Assembly: GCF_004010195.1 (NCBI RefSeq)
Contig: NC_057716.1
Location: forward strand, 45,040,525-45,104,524
Direction: 5' to 3'
Source of the DNA: Chiloscyllium plagiosum
Taxonomy: Eukaryota
Length of the DNA stretch: 64,000 bases
Part shown: positions 38,401 to 51,618 of the stretch, one piece after another
How positions within the stretch are numbered: the stretch's first letter is position 1
Layout of the letters: each line of letters starts with the position of its first letter
Program-made: the position numbers and the translations under genes
The notes under the pieces: generated by a model
What the model saw: only the letters and a program-made list of their open reading frames with translations
Told to the model about the DNA's origin: nothing
Database searches by the model: none

Positions 38401-41400
38401 TTTTGTCAACGTTATGCCTATTCAAAGCACATGCTTAAATTTGTAAATGCATTTAAGTAAAACAGCAACTGCGGCAGATCAGATGGACAAAGAAATTCCC
38501 GTCATTAGCTGACAATATATAAGAATCATAAGCCTTTGAAATGACCTTTGGCTTGTACAGCAATAACTCACCACTTAATGAACAACCAACGGAAGCGCCT
38601 CTACTACCTCACAATACAACCCATCACACAATTTCACCATGGCCTTTCTATCCGTCTTTAAGCCCACTAAGACACAGCACTTTACAAACTAGTCTCACCA
38701 ACTTGTGTCGATATAATTTGAAGTTAGAAGAGGATCCAAATCACAGTCGGCAAGACATCGCGTCCTCGGTCTGATGCCTCCCACCAGAATGTTTGTAATG
38801 TATTCACGTGGCCATACGTCAAGTTAAAATCTTTTATTTCTTTGTAATGACTGGAATTAAGTTAAGAATTTGCAGAGCAAACTCGCCATTTTCCAAGGAA
38901 AGCGAAGGCAGTCGACAAGCTTTAAACACTTGGTTGCTTTCAAACAGTCAGTGATAACTCAGGTCTGCTCAGCAATGACCTGGATGGTAAGTTTTTAAAC
39001 ATCTTATTAATTTCGCAGCGTTGGAAGAGACCTCTCACACTCCGTCCCTGAGTATAAGTAAGCTACCCATGTAAACCTTGTTGACAGAGTGGCTACGTCG
39101 AAAAGTTTTGAAAACTTTTATTTTGCCATGTTCCTAAACTACCAAACTAGTTTAGGTAGAAAAAGTTTGGAATGGATTCGCGCTTACTACTTTTATTGTC
39201 TGCCAAACTATTGTGGAGGACACTCCGTCTGTGAGCCCAAGATGATTACTGTATATGGTGCCTGAAAAGTTTGGACTTTTCTTTCAGGGGGTAAATATTC
39301 TAAAGCCACACTATAAATAAATGTTAATAGATACCATGATGGGAGTTGCAGGGAGGTTTATTGAAATTTTAGGTGAATTTATAAGTGAGTGGCCCCATCG
39401 AGCAAAATGAAATGCTACTCAGAGTAATTGGATTCAGCTGACTAACATGGCAGCCCAGCAGCTTCGAGGCATACAGTAATGAAAAATGCTCTCCTCAAAA
39501 GTTTTTTTTTGGACCGAGCAAAGCACATATGCACATTGCAAAACTATTTTTATACCTGTGGACATACTGATAAAATGTCCAAATCTGCAAGAAACACTCG
39601 TGAATTTGGACAAGTTATACATACATATTTTCATTGAAAAATAAATGAGAATTCCTCAATTATGGTCATTAAAATTACAGCGAATGATAGTCTTGTTATA
39701 CTAACTTTAAGGCAATTTCATAAAGAAACAACTTTAATCCCACTGCCGATCACACAGACAACAGTCAGACCAAAGCGTTACAGTAATAACGCTGAAATAT
39801 ACATAAAATGAGAATTTTAATGTTTTTAATTTGGAAAATAATGCAGTTACTCTGTTTGGTGCAATTAATGAAGAATTATTTAAAGCGTTTTTAGAACTGG
39901 AGGAGAAAAAAGAAGTTAACTATTAACGTTAAGATTCCACTAAAACGGTCGCCTAGACACCAGGAGTTGGGAGTAAAGGAGACGATTTCGTTTAACAGGA
40001 TTTACCTAACGTGGTTAACGGCGAAGTAGATAACTGCAAAAATATTGAACCTGAGCCATTAGAGATGATCTCCTGACACGTTTGTTATGAATGTAATATT
40101 CGATATTTAATGTATTTAAAAATACGGATATACTTACTTCCTAGAAAATCACAAATTGTTTTCCATGAAAGAAAATAACATTAATTGAGAAATAATTTAT
40201 ACGGGCTGCCGCAATAACTTTAGCCTGCAATATATTTCTGAAACGCATAAATCAAAGAGGACTGCAGCCTGACGATAAGCTAGAGACAACAAATTAATGT
40301 GATTTACGATCTAAGTTTGCTAGTGACAGTTTGAAAAGTTCCCTGGGTTTCTATGCCTTTTTATTTCGTTTTCCTTTTACATAAAACCGCAGAATCAGCT
40401 AAAACACAGCCACAAGACAAATCTGGGACTGCTTTAGTTTGTCCGATCTAACCTTTCTCAAATTGCGCACTTTCGTGGAAGAACAATATTTTTTTCTCTC
40501 TATAAATCGTCATACTTTGCTCCAAAACCAGTTTGTGGTTGTTCCACGGAAATAGAAAGAATACACTAGTTTGTATCAGAATTTCGTATAATTTGGCATG
40601 AATAATATGCCCTCTTGCTGAAGGCATTATCCAAACCTTCTGCTAAAGGCTGCATTTTACCGTACCATTGCTTACCTGTGTGTCAATTTATCATAAATCT
40701 ATGCTTCTCAAACTCAATTTCTTAGCTTGCAGCTGCGAATAATATCCTCTGCCGTTTGTCTGGAGTCAATGCTGCCTTAAACCAGATCTTGCGGTTTTAC
40801 AGACATTTCGATACCAAATGCAGACGCTATTCCCGATAGAAATGGCTTCAGTCTGAGGGACAACTACCAATAAAAACGGTATCCAGTAATGCTTTAGCTT
40901 TTAAATCTAAACCGAGACTTTATAATCGAACATCCAACGAACAATTGGTATTTATAAACCGGTAGATATTCCTTTAAAAAGTTGCAATTTATGAATTTTA
41001 TAGTGCAACGGATACCTTTTATAATCAGAAAATATAGGCACTGCCTTAAGATACAGGCATATTTGTTCACGTGATCTGTGTTACCAGATTGTTCTGATTG
41101 AGCCAGTAAGTTGATCCAGCGCTACCTCACTAACATCTATTTAATATGGATTGAACGGTGTTTCGAGTCACTTCTTACATTAACACCAATGAGGAGCTGA
41201 GTGAAAATTCAGTATTCTTTACTTGAATAAAACACATCGTGAGGCAGTGTCTTTTTTTTTCAGAATAGCGCTACGTTCGCTAAACTGAACAATAGATTTG
41301 TATTTTTTTGCCATTTCATTGCCTATATGCTGTCTGTTGCTAAGCATGCCTTCTGGTATATTGTGTTGATTATTGCACTCATTCATTTAATCAAAAGAAG

Positions 41401-44400
41401 TATTAGTTTGATAGAATCGGAATTAGTGAATACATATATCTCAGACAACGTACGTATAAAAGCATTTAATATCGTTTAGAGTTTTAAAAACAGAAGTTAC
41501 ATCAATGGTTTTCAAAACCAACACAAAAACTTAGAACAAAATGATAAAATATATATCGAAATTACACCAACATATACTGAGGTTATACTTAGGTTTTGGG
41601 GGTGAGCTCAGTAAAACCGTCGAAGGAGCAGGACGTTACATTTATCCTGCTTAGAATTTGAATTAGTTGATAGAAGCCGTTAAAGAAATGAAATTCTGCA
41701 ATAGATACTAGTTCTGTGAAACTGAATCTGTTTCTTTTCTAGAAGGGCAAATTAATCATCGTTTGGAACTGCAGTTTTATGCAATAAATGTGATGTCTGT
41801 GGACTGGGAATTAACGTGATATTTTCCTTCTTCCTTTCAGGAGAAGCAACTTAAATTACCAGAGCCAATTGTCTGGTTAGAGAATGTTTTTCACCAAAGC
41901 GGCGTTTGAAAATTGTTGAATGATGCCTCCGTGTTTATTTTGTACTTTTCTTTCGCAAATCTTTTGTTGAAATATAATTTTTTGGTTAGCGAAAATTAAT
42001 TTTTAGTGAAATTCTATCGAGTTGCTGAATGTTTCTGTTAAATGTTACCTCCAACTGTTCTTAATATCTGAAACATTTGCCTGTAATTTAATAGCAATAA
42101 AAAACATTTCTATTGACAGTAATGCATGACCTTATTGCACCTAGCGCTGGCTTAACGCAACATTTATCTAAATTACTTTACCCTCTGTGGCTTGTATGGT
42201 CGTTATAAAAATATTGCTTTGCAATTACTGCATTATAAATTATTTAAAAGAAAATAAGAGTTACAACTCACTGTTTAGCTAAAGCATCGCTTTCGCCCCA
42301 AACCGATGTTGAGTAATTTTGAATCTTTGTCTTCTGACATTTTTCGTAACACAGATTTTTGTGGGATCTCGTAAAGAAGATAAATCTTTTATATCGTTCA
42401 AATTATCCATGTTTGTGACTTTGAAGTAATTTCTGTTCTGGTATTGTTGATCCCAAAAGTGTAAATAGACCATTTTATTATGGCAAGTTATACCTTCTCT
42501 GATAATTTTACGAGGAGACTAAGATGAAGCAACTATGTGCTAATGCTTGTCACTGTGGGAACCCAACTTTACGGGGAATATAATCAAATGGGGATCTGAA
42601 GACATCTTCCACCGCAGCATATGTTCATGAAGCAATAAAAGGGAGAGATTTACAATCCTCGTCTAGTCTCGGCAGCGTTTCACCCTTTCAGGAATTCCTC
42701 GCAGTGATTTATAACAAAGTGGAAAATTGTTGACCCCCCTCCCCCCCGCCCCACAAAACATAATACTTTATTTCGATTTAATGAAAAAGTTATAATTAAA
42801 GTGTGTTCATTGATTTTTGTCTGCCTAGTTCTTTGCTGGATTAGAATTTAACGGTAGACGAGATTGAGTTGACGTGAGAGTAGAAAAGAAAGTAACTTGG
42901 CGGCACAACCATAGCTTTGTCATCAGTAAAACAGCGCTGCATTTGTCATCGGTGAATAACTGAATTAATAGGTTATTGTTTTAATGCATAATTTATTAAA
43001 AAAGGAAACGAACGTCGACTTTACACACGTGACAACGAAACAAATTCAATTTCCAGAAGTGTTTTGTGACAAAAGCAACGGAAGCAATAAATGCCGACGT
43101 TCATATCGTAAAATATCGCCAAACAAAGTGATCAAATCCTTTTTCAAATATATTTTTATTTACCAGAGTAATTTATGCAGCTTATAGTACACCTATCGAA
43201 AAAGATTTAGGATCCGAGCTGTCAAGATCTGTCACTAAAACGCTATATTGTAATTTACGTTAAAGTCTCACTGCTCATTGCTCCAACTTCAAATGCTTAC
43301 TTAGGATTTATTTTCAGTCTTTACCCTAAAACTAAAACTTTTTCACGTTACTGAAACGGCCAACAATAATAAGATAAATCATTCTTGGGCTTTATTGTCT
43401 TCAATTACCTATATCATGTATGTGAGATATACCTCCCTGTTCTGAACTGACCTCAATTGAACAAATCAGCATTGTGCCACTTTGTTACATTATAAAATGT
43501 ACTAATGGTGAAATTATAACTTGGTCTTGATCTGGGTGGAAATCATAACCATTTATTCTTTAAACGGGTCAAGCACGTTCTTCTAGCTTTGTGGATCATA
43601 ATTTAACAGCTTATAAGAAAGCAATACTCGTTTTTGGGGGGGATTTGGAAATACTCGTGAGTTCAAAGAAGACATTTGTTTCATCTTTTGAAGCAAAACA
43701 TCGACTAAAAAAACACAAAGCGCTCATCAACCTAGTTTCTGTAGACGTGAATACCTGCAATTGTCCTAGTGGAATCTCCTTTACAGACTTTCCAGTACCT
43801 CTCAAAGAAAACAAAATATATGACTCGTGGTATTCAACAATGCTCAGGCCTCTATTTCGCTGTGTACAAATAGGCAGCAGATGCCATGACAGCCGGCATT
43901 GTTTGCAATAAAGCACAAGTAAACCGTAAAATCTACGCCATTTCATTACACTCAACTACGCCTTAATAATAACCTCATCGCAGTCTTACTAACATTTACC
44001 CCTTACTCCAAAATGCAGCCGTTACACATTTCTGCATCTGAAGTTTATCATAGTTGCTCCAAATTGTTAAAGCTAATCCGAATAGAAGGTCAGTATATCT
44101 GCCTACTACAACTTATGACTGTCGCCTGGTAGCACAGAGTAAGAAGCAAAGGGCGCTATTCATCAAATATATATGACAGTTACATTCATTTGCTATCTTA
44201 GCAGAAACAAAACTAAAATTATTTACCTACCAAGCTTCCATTTTTCAGTTTCTTGCAACGAACTACAACAGGAAAGTGAAATAGCGGACCATTTGTATAT
44301 AATATTCTTGGGATCTGTTCACTTTTCAAGTGTGATAGAGTCCTTTGCTTGGCCGATTAATGACGACGCCGTGTTTCTTTCGGGACGTACTGCATTAATT

Positions 44401-44819
44401 ATTTAGTAAATCACGTGGCCGAATCAAATATAAAAGGATACATAAAATCCTACCACCTCCTCTGGACATAACCTTAAAATGCAAAATTCTTTATCATTTG
44501 AGAAACATTAGCTTGGCAAATATGTTTTAAAATTCTAAAAGGAAAGACTAACAAATATGGCTGTTTAGTAGCGTTGGGTTGCATCAGCTTTGTCCCATTT
44601 TGAATGACCAGCCTATGGCATGGTCGCATTGACTCTTTGCCTTCCATTCAGCCGTTTCTCTTTCTACACAAGAAATGAAGTAACCAGGCGGGGTATAGAC
44701 AACAATAAAAATGCAGCGAGTGTTACTCGTTTGAGTTTAAGTTCATTCGGATTTCTTCAATGAAACTAAATATTAAAATTGTTTTATAGAAAGTCAAATA
44801 ATGCATGTCTGTTGCTCTT

Positions 44820-45090
44820 AGATGTGCATAGACGTAAGAACATACACATGTGCATTATCGCAAACACACGCAAACATATAGACATATTCATTCATACATG
44901 CATGTAAATATACATGCAAAAATATCCATGCATGTGCACATGCACACAGGCATATATGCATATATGTACACTGATAAAATTATGTGCATGCTAAGAATAA
45001 AAGACATGCATTTACACAGCATATAGTTAGATATAGGAGTTTTACGTGGCCATGGGAGATGTGCATCGATGGATATAAATATGCACGTTG
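44820..45090. repeat. Low-complexity alternating purine-pyrimidine tract (CATG/TACA/TGCA-rich)
   Basis: Visible degenerate ACATGCAT/ATATGCAC repeats. Confidence 0.55.
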
Positions 45091-46551
45091 ATTGATTGTG
45101 ATTGATATTATATGTGACGTTATGAATTTTGAATGATATAACAGTTCAGAAATCATGATGTTGTTGACTTTTATGTTCTATGTTTCCCATATCTATGTAC
45201 TCAATATTTGTGACAAATTATATAGTGAAAAAACTTGAAAATAATTAAGCTTCTGAATTTAAAACATTTGAATTATAATTTGTAACCAGTACATACACTA
45301 ATGCATGTGGCTGGCTGGTTTAAATATTGATAAATTACATAGCTACATGAATATGAGACATTGTCAATTGACCTTGTTGATAACTGCGGTTTAAAGTCGA
45401 CTGCTTTTCAAGGAGATAGGTGTTATACAAAAGTCAAAGTCATATACTGCTTACAGCCTCTTTGAGCATATATATATTCAGATAATTTAGTTTGTACCTT
45501 GGAAAAGACAACATACGCAGCTGATTAATTGTTCCTTATTTTGGCTGTTCTCACATACTGAATCTCAAATTCAATCAGTGCAGTTTTATTAAATATTGCA
45601 AAATATTAAGAAGTTATTTTAGTTTCTCTTTTCCTGGGGTATTGTAAACAGAAAGAAAACTGTTCCACCCAATTTTCATTGAAGACACTGCGGATTCTTT
45701 GAGGGAGAAGGATGATTATGAATTATAATTTAGCATTAACACAGGTCAGACCAAAACACAAATATGATAGGAAACTGTGTCTATTTGGTTTGAGAATGTG
45801 CCTTCTTTACTTAATGAATAATGAAAAAAAATGCAGCCTTTACTCATAAAAATGATGAAACAGTGTTTGAGAGCAGAATTAGTTGCAACTGAATACCTTG
45901 ATTTTTTGTTTCACTTTTATTTGTTTTGTTGTTCTGCATGTTGCCATAGAATTTAGTTGGCATGAACAGAATTCAATTCTGATTTGACAAACATCATAGA
46001 CCATTATTCAGTACAAATGTCAACATTATTTCGAGTATTTAAAATATATCACTAAATGTGACAAAATATGTTTGTGTGGAATTTTGGAGAAAAATTGAAT
46101 GGGAATGTTGGAAGATGAATGTCTGGGAGTGTTTTTGAATGCTGTTTTTATTCGTGCAGCAAGGAAAATACAGCAAAAGTATACTGTGCTAAAATTAAGC
46201 GAAGTTTGAAGCTGAACAAATCAACAAATTCCTTGCTCCAACATTTGAGATAAAATGCTGGCAACGGTTGTAGTGTCGCTTCTGTAAAGGTGGGGGGACG
46301 GGTGTAATAGAAATCGAGTTTAGAGACATCATAGTAGCATAGTACTATATTATCGCCTAAGAATAGCCGCAAAACTTGCCCCTGCAGAAATTGGAGTAGT
46401 TCATACGTGAGAAACTATTTCAACTGGCTTTAACTAGATGTTGTCTGTGTTAAAACACATAGAAAAGGCGAAGGGTAGGAATGAGTCCAAAAGGTCAAGG
46501 GTTTAGAGGTCAGTCCTTCAGGCTGAAATACAGCTAATCGAATAGAAAATT

Positions 46552-46568
46552 TGTCCTTTTGGTGAACC
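46552..46568 (-). promoter_or_regulatory. DR5 RARE of the Hoxd4 3' neural enhancer
   Basis: GGTTCA-ccaaa-AGGACA about 2.5 kb 3' of the HoxD4 stop. Same half-sites as the Hox4 3' RARE (GGTTCA-n5-AGGACA). Confidence 0.8.
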
Positions 46569-49049
46569 TGTTCCTACAGTTTAGCCGAACTTCAGTAAAA
46601 TACCTTTTCAGCTTCTCAACATGAAGGCGTCAGAAAAGGACATCTTGCTACGCGTGAACCTTAGCGTTTTGTACTGGAGACAATGATTTAAATGGTATAG
46701 AGAATATCACTCATTTATAATATCAAGACGTGGATATATTATAGTAATGTCATGTGCAAGTCTGAGAACTACACGGCTTATCCTATAAAGAACAAAGAAT
46801 CATGGAATTCGCCTTTTCAAGCAGACCATATCCAGCTAAGCCAGCTGCAAGCTTGCAGGTCAGTGAAGGAATAGGAAAAAGAGCTGCACCGCCAACTTTC
46901 TTTGTTACTGAATGTTACGAAATCGAGTTGAGCATCGAAATTCCTAGGAAATAGATTTTCTTCATGCATTTTGACGGAATCCTGGCATTGCCCTCTAAAT
47001 TGCTGCATGATTGCGAATAATGATTTCCTGAGAATTGCTTTGGCTCGGTTTCCTTTTAGCGGATTAGATAGGCCATTAGCCCGAACCCCTCCGGACTTCT
47101 TCCCTCTACATATACGTTTTACCAATGGCTTTAATGGTTTTAAGGTAATATTGTGGATACCAGCCATCTTTCTCCCCCTCGAAACCTCCAATTTTACAGA
47201 CATAAGAAATAAAATGGGCTAAATCTAAAGCATTTAAATTGTTTGAGAATCTACTAATATGTGAGGAGATAACCTTGCACTGCAATAAAGCTTAAACACA
47301 ATATCGCTCCCCTTGTTTGCTCTGATGCTCTCAGAAATTAGAGAAAAAAATAAGCGCTTTATTTTGACGAAGCTATACATCCAAAGGCTGGGCAGCCCCT
47401 CATGGAACCTGACATTAACTGTTCCAACGTTGACTTCGTGAGCATTTGGAATATATTTTCCTATTTAGCTTATGGGGGTAATTTTATTATGGAAATAGTA
47501 CTACACTTGGACTATCAAATGAGCTCTTCCTTAGTGACACTCAACAAGCACTTCATTGCGTTTAAACATCTGGATACTCTGCAATGATTGACCGTTTTAA
47601 AACATTGTATAAAGGAACTGAATGCTGAATCTCCATGACATACCAGTGTGTCTCTGATTGATATCGTGAGAATGTTGGCACAGCACATGCAATCTTGTAT
47701 TTCAGGAAGTTCTGACTCGTTTCGTCTGGTTGTAACAACATTAGCTTCCTTAAAACTGCTAGAATCAAAATATCTTCAGTAATTTGTGTTTAGGTGTAAA
47801 TTGCCTAATTGAAGAGCCTCTCGGCTATTGTCCTTGCCCCTCTAAATCAACCACCAGTGTGTCTTTACAGATTAATAGATTGGAAAAACGAATAGTGCTT
47901 TCACAAAGCAAAATACACACGGTGTCGACCGTTTCTGTTTCTAAACTATGTACCTTGTCGTATTGTTGTTCGCTCATCCGTTCTGGAGAAAATCGAAAGG
48001 AAACACATTCCCACTTGTAATACTAAACGTTCACAGATTGGTGTAACCAACTTACTCATTTATCAACCAACAAACCGAGAAAAGAGTTTAACATGCACCC
48101 TGAACACTACTGTTGTAATATTTATCTAAGCCCGTTTCTCTTTCAGAAATGTTGCTCTAGTAAACATCGGTTTGTGTCTTTACATATTTGGCACAGAATT
48201 GCAGATCCCTCGTTTTTTTTTAGGATTCTGTATTCTTTTATGTAAGGTCTCTTTTCATGACATTTGTTCACGTCTGCCTCGCAACATAAGCTGTTCTCAT
48301 ATATAAGAAAACATGTCCCGATACCAAAAAAGGAAAACTACTCACGCTATTCAGCTTATTACTACTAAATTTATTTTTTTGAATTTTAGTAGCACGAACT
48401 AATTTTGGTATCGTTTTTGAACATAAAAATGTACGCAATCTTGCATTGTAGGCTTGTAACAATAATCCATCCAGCAGCACAATTACAAATACCATTTTCT
48501 CATTTTAAATAAAGAAACCACAAAACACTGTCTAATTCTTGATCACTATAAATCTCGAATATCAACACAATATACACAAAGAGATGGAATCGCAAAAATA
48601 CACATTACAAGCAAAAATAGTTGTGGAAACCACAAATTACCACAACAAATCACTGGGCCTTCATTATAAAATAAAAAAAAGACCATGAACAAGCGTCGCA
48701 GCCTTTCATTTTCATGCTAGCAGACTACACATGTACCTTCCTGAAGTGTACACCTCACCATGTCTTCACCACTTAGTGCCTCGCACTTGTTAAGGTTACT
48801 AAGGTGTGCTGTGTGATAAAAATAGCCACTGACTAGAGTCGCAATGATTTCAGCTGCAGCTAGGGTGACTTTCTCCTTTTTGTTTCATTTGCTACATTTG
48901 AGAACAAAAGTGAGGCACAAGACAAAGTCCCTTCAATGCCATTAAAAATCAGCAGGAAAGCACCTACAAGCCATGTTATCGGTACATGCAATTTCTGCCT
49001 GGAAATGTCTTATTATATACACTTAAGGAGCCATTTATAGGATGTCCTT

Positions 49050-49357
49050 CTATAAACTTGTGAGGTCTGTTTGTTGGTCCTTGGAAACAGTTTGTAACTG
49101 TTGATTGGAAGTAGAAGAACCAGAGGACCTGGTCTTTGTATTAGGCAGTTTGTGATCTTTTTTCCACTTCATTCTTCTGTTTTGAAACCAAATTTTGATC
49201 TGGCGTTCGGAAAGACACAAAGTGTGGGCTATTTCAATACGACGTCGTCTTGTCAGATACCTGTTAAAATGGAATTCCTTTTCGAGTTCTAAAACCTGCT
49301 GCCTTGTGTAGGCAGTTCGTGAACGTTTTGGTTCTCCTCCTGTATAATTAGGGTTCA
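49050..49357 (-). CDS. hoxd4: HoxD4 coding exon 2 (homeodomain)
   Basis: Acceptor TTTTTCAG|[36 protein letters not shown]...[11 protein letters not shown], ending in the HoxD4-type DLTSL. Spliced product 239 aa. Confidence 0.95.
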
Positions 49358-49609
49358 CTGAAAAACAAAACAATTCAAAAACCATTCAAAGCTGGACCTA
49401 AAGTTTTTCAAATGCTTTCACCATACAGTCCTAAATACAGTGTCTGCACCCACACTGCACTGGAACAGTGCCTCTAGCAAGAAGTTGAAATATGTTATTA
49501 AGGATCACTTTAAAGTTCTTTCGGAATTGAAGATCTAACATGTCCCTGTTAATCCCAGGCTCGAGTTTTCACATGGAGTCAGCCACATGGCCAGCGGCCT
49601 ATTTCCTCA

Positions 49610-49640
49610 GCAATAAAAATTTATGATGGGTGTAATTGCC
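49610..49640 (-). promoter_or_regulatory. HB1-type homeodomain-binding element in the HoxD4 intron
   Basis: GGCAATTACACCCATCATAAATTTTTATTGC, clustered TAAT/TTTAT cores typical of the conserved Hox4 intron element. Confidence 0.7.
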
Positions 49641-49776
49641 GGTCTTTTTAAAAACCGCTCATAAATCCTCTCTTGAAGGAGTTATTTACGGTAGACCTAT
49701 ATCAATGGGTCGCAAATATTTGTCAGGGAAAGCGATGCAGCAGGGGAGCGAAAACCAAAAAAAAAGTGGTCCTTAC

Positions 49777-50188
49777 CCGTGTTAACGTGGATTTTCTTCA
49801 TCCAAGGATAAACCACTGCTGGCTGTTTGGTTGCTGCGCCGTTTTGGTTCTTTGAATTATGTTGCTGCTGGCTGCAGGGCCGGCCTATGGACACTTGGAG
49901 CGGTGCAACTGGCTCCCCCTGCCCTGAGAGGTGGCTCTGAGGAGCGGGCTGTGCCTGCACATGACCCCTCTGCTGCACTGGAGAGCCCCGAGCGTTGCTG
50001 CAGCTGTACGACTGGCCGCTGTAGTTTGACCGTGGATAGATTCCTTGGTGCTGAAAATCAGAATCCTGCGATTGACTGTAATACTCTGGGCAGTGGTCAG
50101 GTATGTAGTTATTTTGCGAATATTCCTCGCAAGGAGGAAATTTGGGATCCACATATTTAGTGTTCATCAAATACGAACTCATGGTCAT
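49777..50188 (-). CDS. hoxd4: HoxD4 coding exon 1
   Basis: [23 protein letters not shown] and [16 protein letters not shown] (HOXD4-type). Donor ACGG|GTAAGG. Confidence 0.94.
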
Positions 50189-50312
50189 TAATTTCTGAAG
50201 GTGGAAAATACTAATTTTTCTCGAGTTGTCTTTTTTCCCGTTCCATAAAGCCCTCCTACTTGCTGTCAACTGAATAAAGTTAGTCACCCATGTGACTGTA
50301 CGAGCCAATGGC
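50189..50312 (-). promoter_or_regulatory. HoxD4 proximal promoter and conserved Hox4 leader
   Basis: CATGTG 50289-50294, CCAAT 50305-50309, then AACTTTATTCAGTTGACAGCAAGTAGGAGGGCTTTATGG typical of Hox4 leaders. Confidence 0.65.
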
Positions 50313-51534
50313 GAGGTCGGGCCCGATTCCCGGATAAGGAAACAGCTAATGACAATTTTTTACAAACTTCATCCAGAAAGCCTTGATTTAAAAATAAATT
50401 ATAAACTGCAACGTCTTTGATTTTTTTTCCAGCAGTCACTAAGTATTTGAAATAGATTCCGAAGAATGCATGCAATAGAGGTTTCCATTTGGAGAGAATA
50501 ATGACCACTCACTGAGCGCCCGAATATTGCTCAGGTAATTTGTTCTTTTGTCAAAAGAGAATTTCCACCATTCCTTGCCGCTTTTCAAATAAATCAAGGA
50601 TAGAGAATGCATTCGGCGTCTTTGTATTTTTTGTTGTTGTTTTCTCCCGAGAACAACGTGACAATAGCGAGGGAACTTGGAGAAACGGCCGGCAATCCAG
50701 CGTACGCAGGGTGACAAAGGAAGCATCCCGTTAGACAACAAAAAGAATAACGGAGCTGAGGAAAATAATTACAACTATTACCGATGCAAAGAAGTCTTCT
50801 GGACAAAGTTATTCAAAGACAAACATAGTCTACTCCGATAAAATTAGAACAAAGCTCCATTTAACACAGAAAAACACTTTGCACATGTTGCTTAAGGACA
50901 TTGTAAGATCAACGCTCTTTTCTCTGAAAGTTTAAAAATCTGCAAAGTAGGATATAAGTTTTATATCTGATAGCCTCCAATGTTTTCGCTCCAATTTCTT
51001 CACAATTTGTTTTCCTCCTCTGACATTCACGCACATCTCTGATCTTTCTAAATTAACGCAGCAACTAACTATTCAATTTGTAATATGTATAATTCGAATT
51101 TTAACTTTTGACCTTAAATGTATTTTGATCCGATTTAATTCAAAAGCATCGTAAGTTAGTCAAATGCAATACGAAACCATAGGCCAATCTTTGTAGATAA
51201 TTTATCGCCATCGCCATGGAAACGGGCAGCATTGAGAAAGAAATACTTAAGTTTGTGTAATCTTAGATTTCCGGAGAGTAAATCCGGAAGTTTAGAAACG
51301 ACTAATGATCAGTAAATCAACACGTTAAACATCGCAGTTCGATTGCGAAGGGGAGCCAAAATAAGCCATTCAAAACTGAGCGGCGAGATCTAAAAGCTCA
51401 CTCAATATTGAAAACTGGATTCAAAACCAAAAAAAAAAGCCATTCTTAATCCAATTACTCAGTACTACTTAGAACTAAATCAGTCGAAGCAGTAAAACCC
51501 ACGAAGAGCAAATTGCTGATTTTCGTAGTGTTGG

Positions 51535-51618
51535 CATCGACCATAGACTCCCCTAGAAACGAATCTGTGACCGAAACATCACACAAATTCGGTTCTACAG
51601 GGTATATATAGACGACGG
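51535..51618 (-). ncRNA. mir10b: miR-10b precursor hairpin
   Basis: Mature UACCCUGUAGAACCGAAUUUGUG at 51604-51582. Complementary 3p arm ACAGAUUCGUUUCUAGGGGAGU at 51568-51547. Canonical position 5' of Hox4. Confidence 0.97.

Noticed and set aside
46817-47203. 128-aa minus-strand ORF between HoxD3 and HoxD4
   Set aside because: No recognisable homology or splice context, and it lies in an enhancer region.
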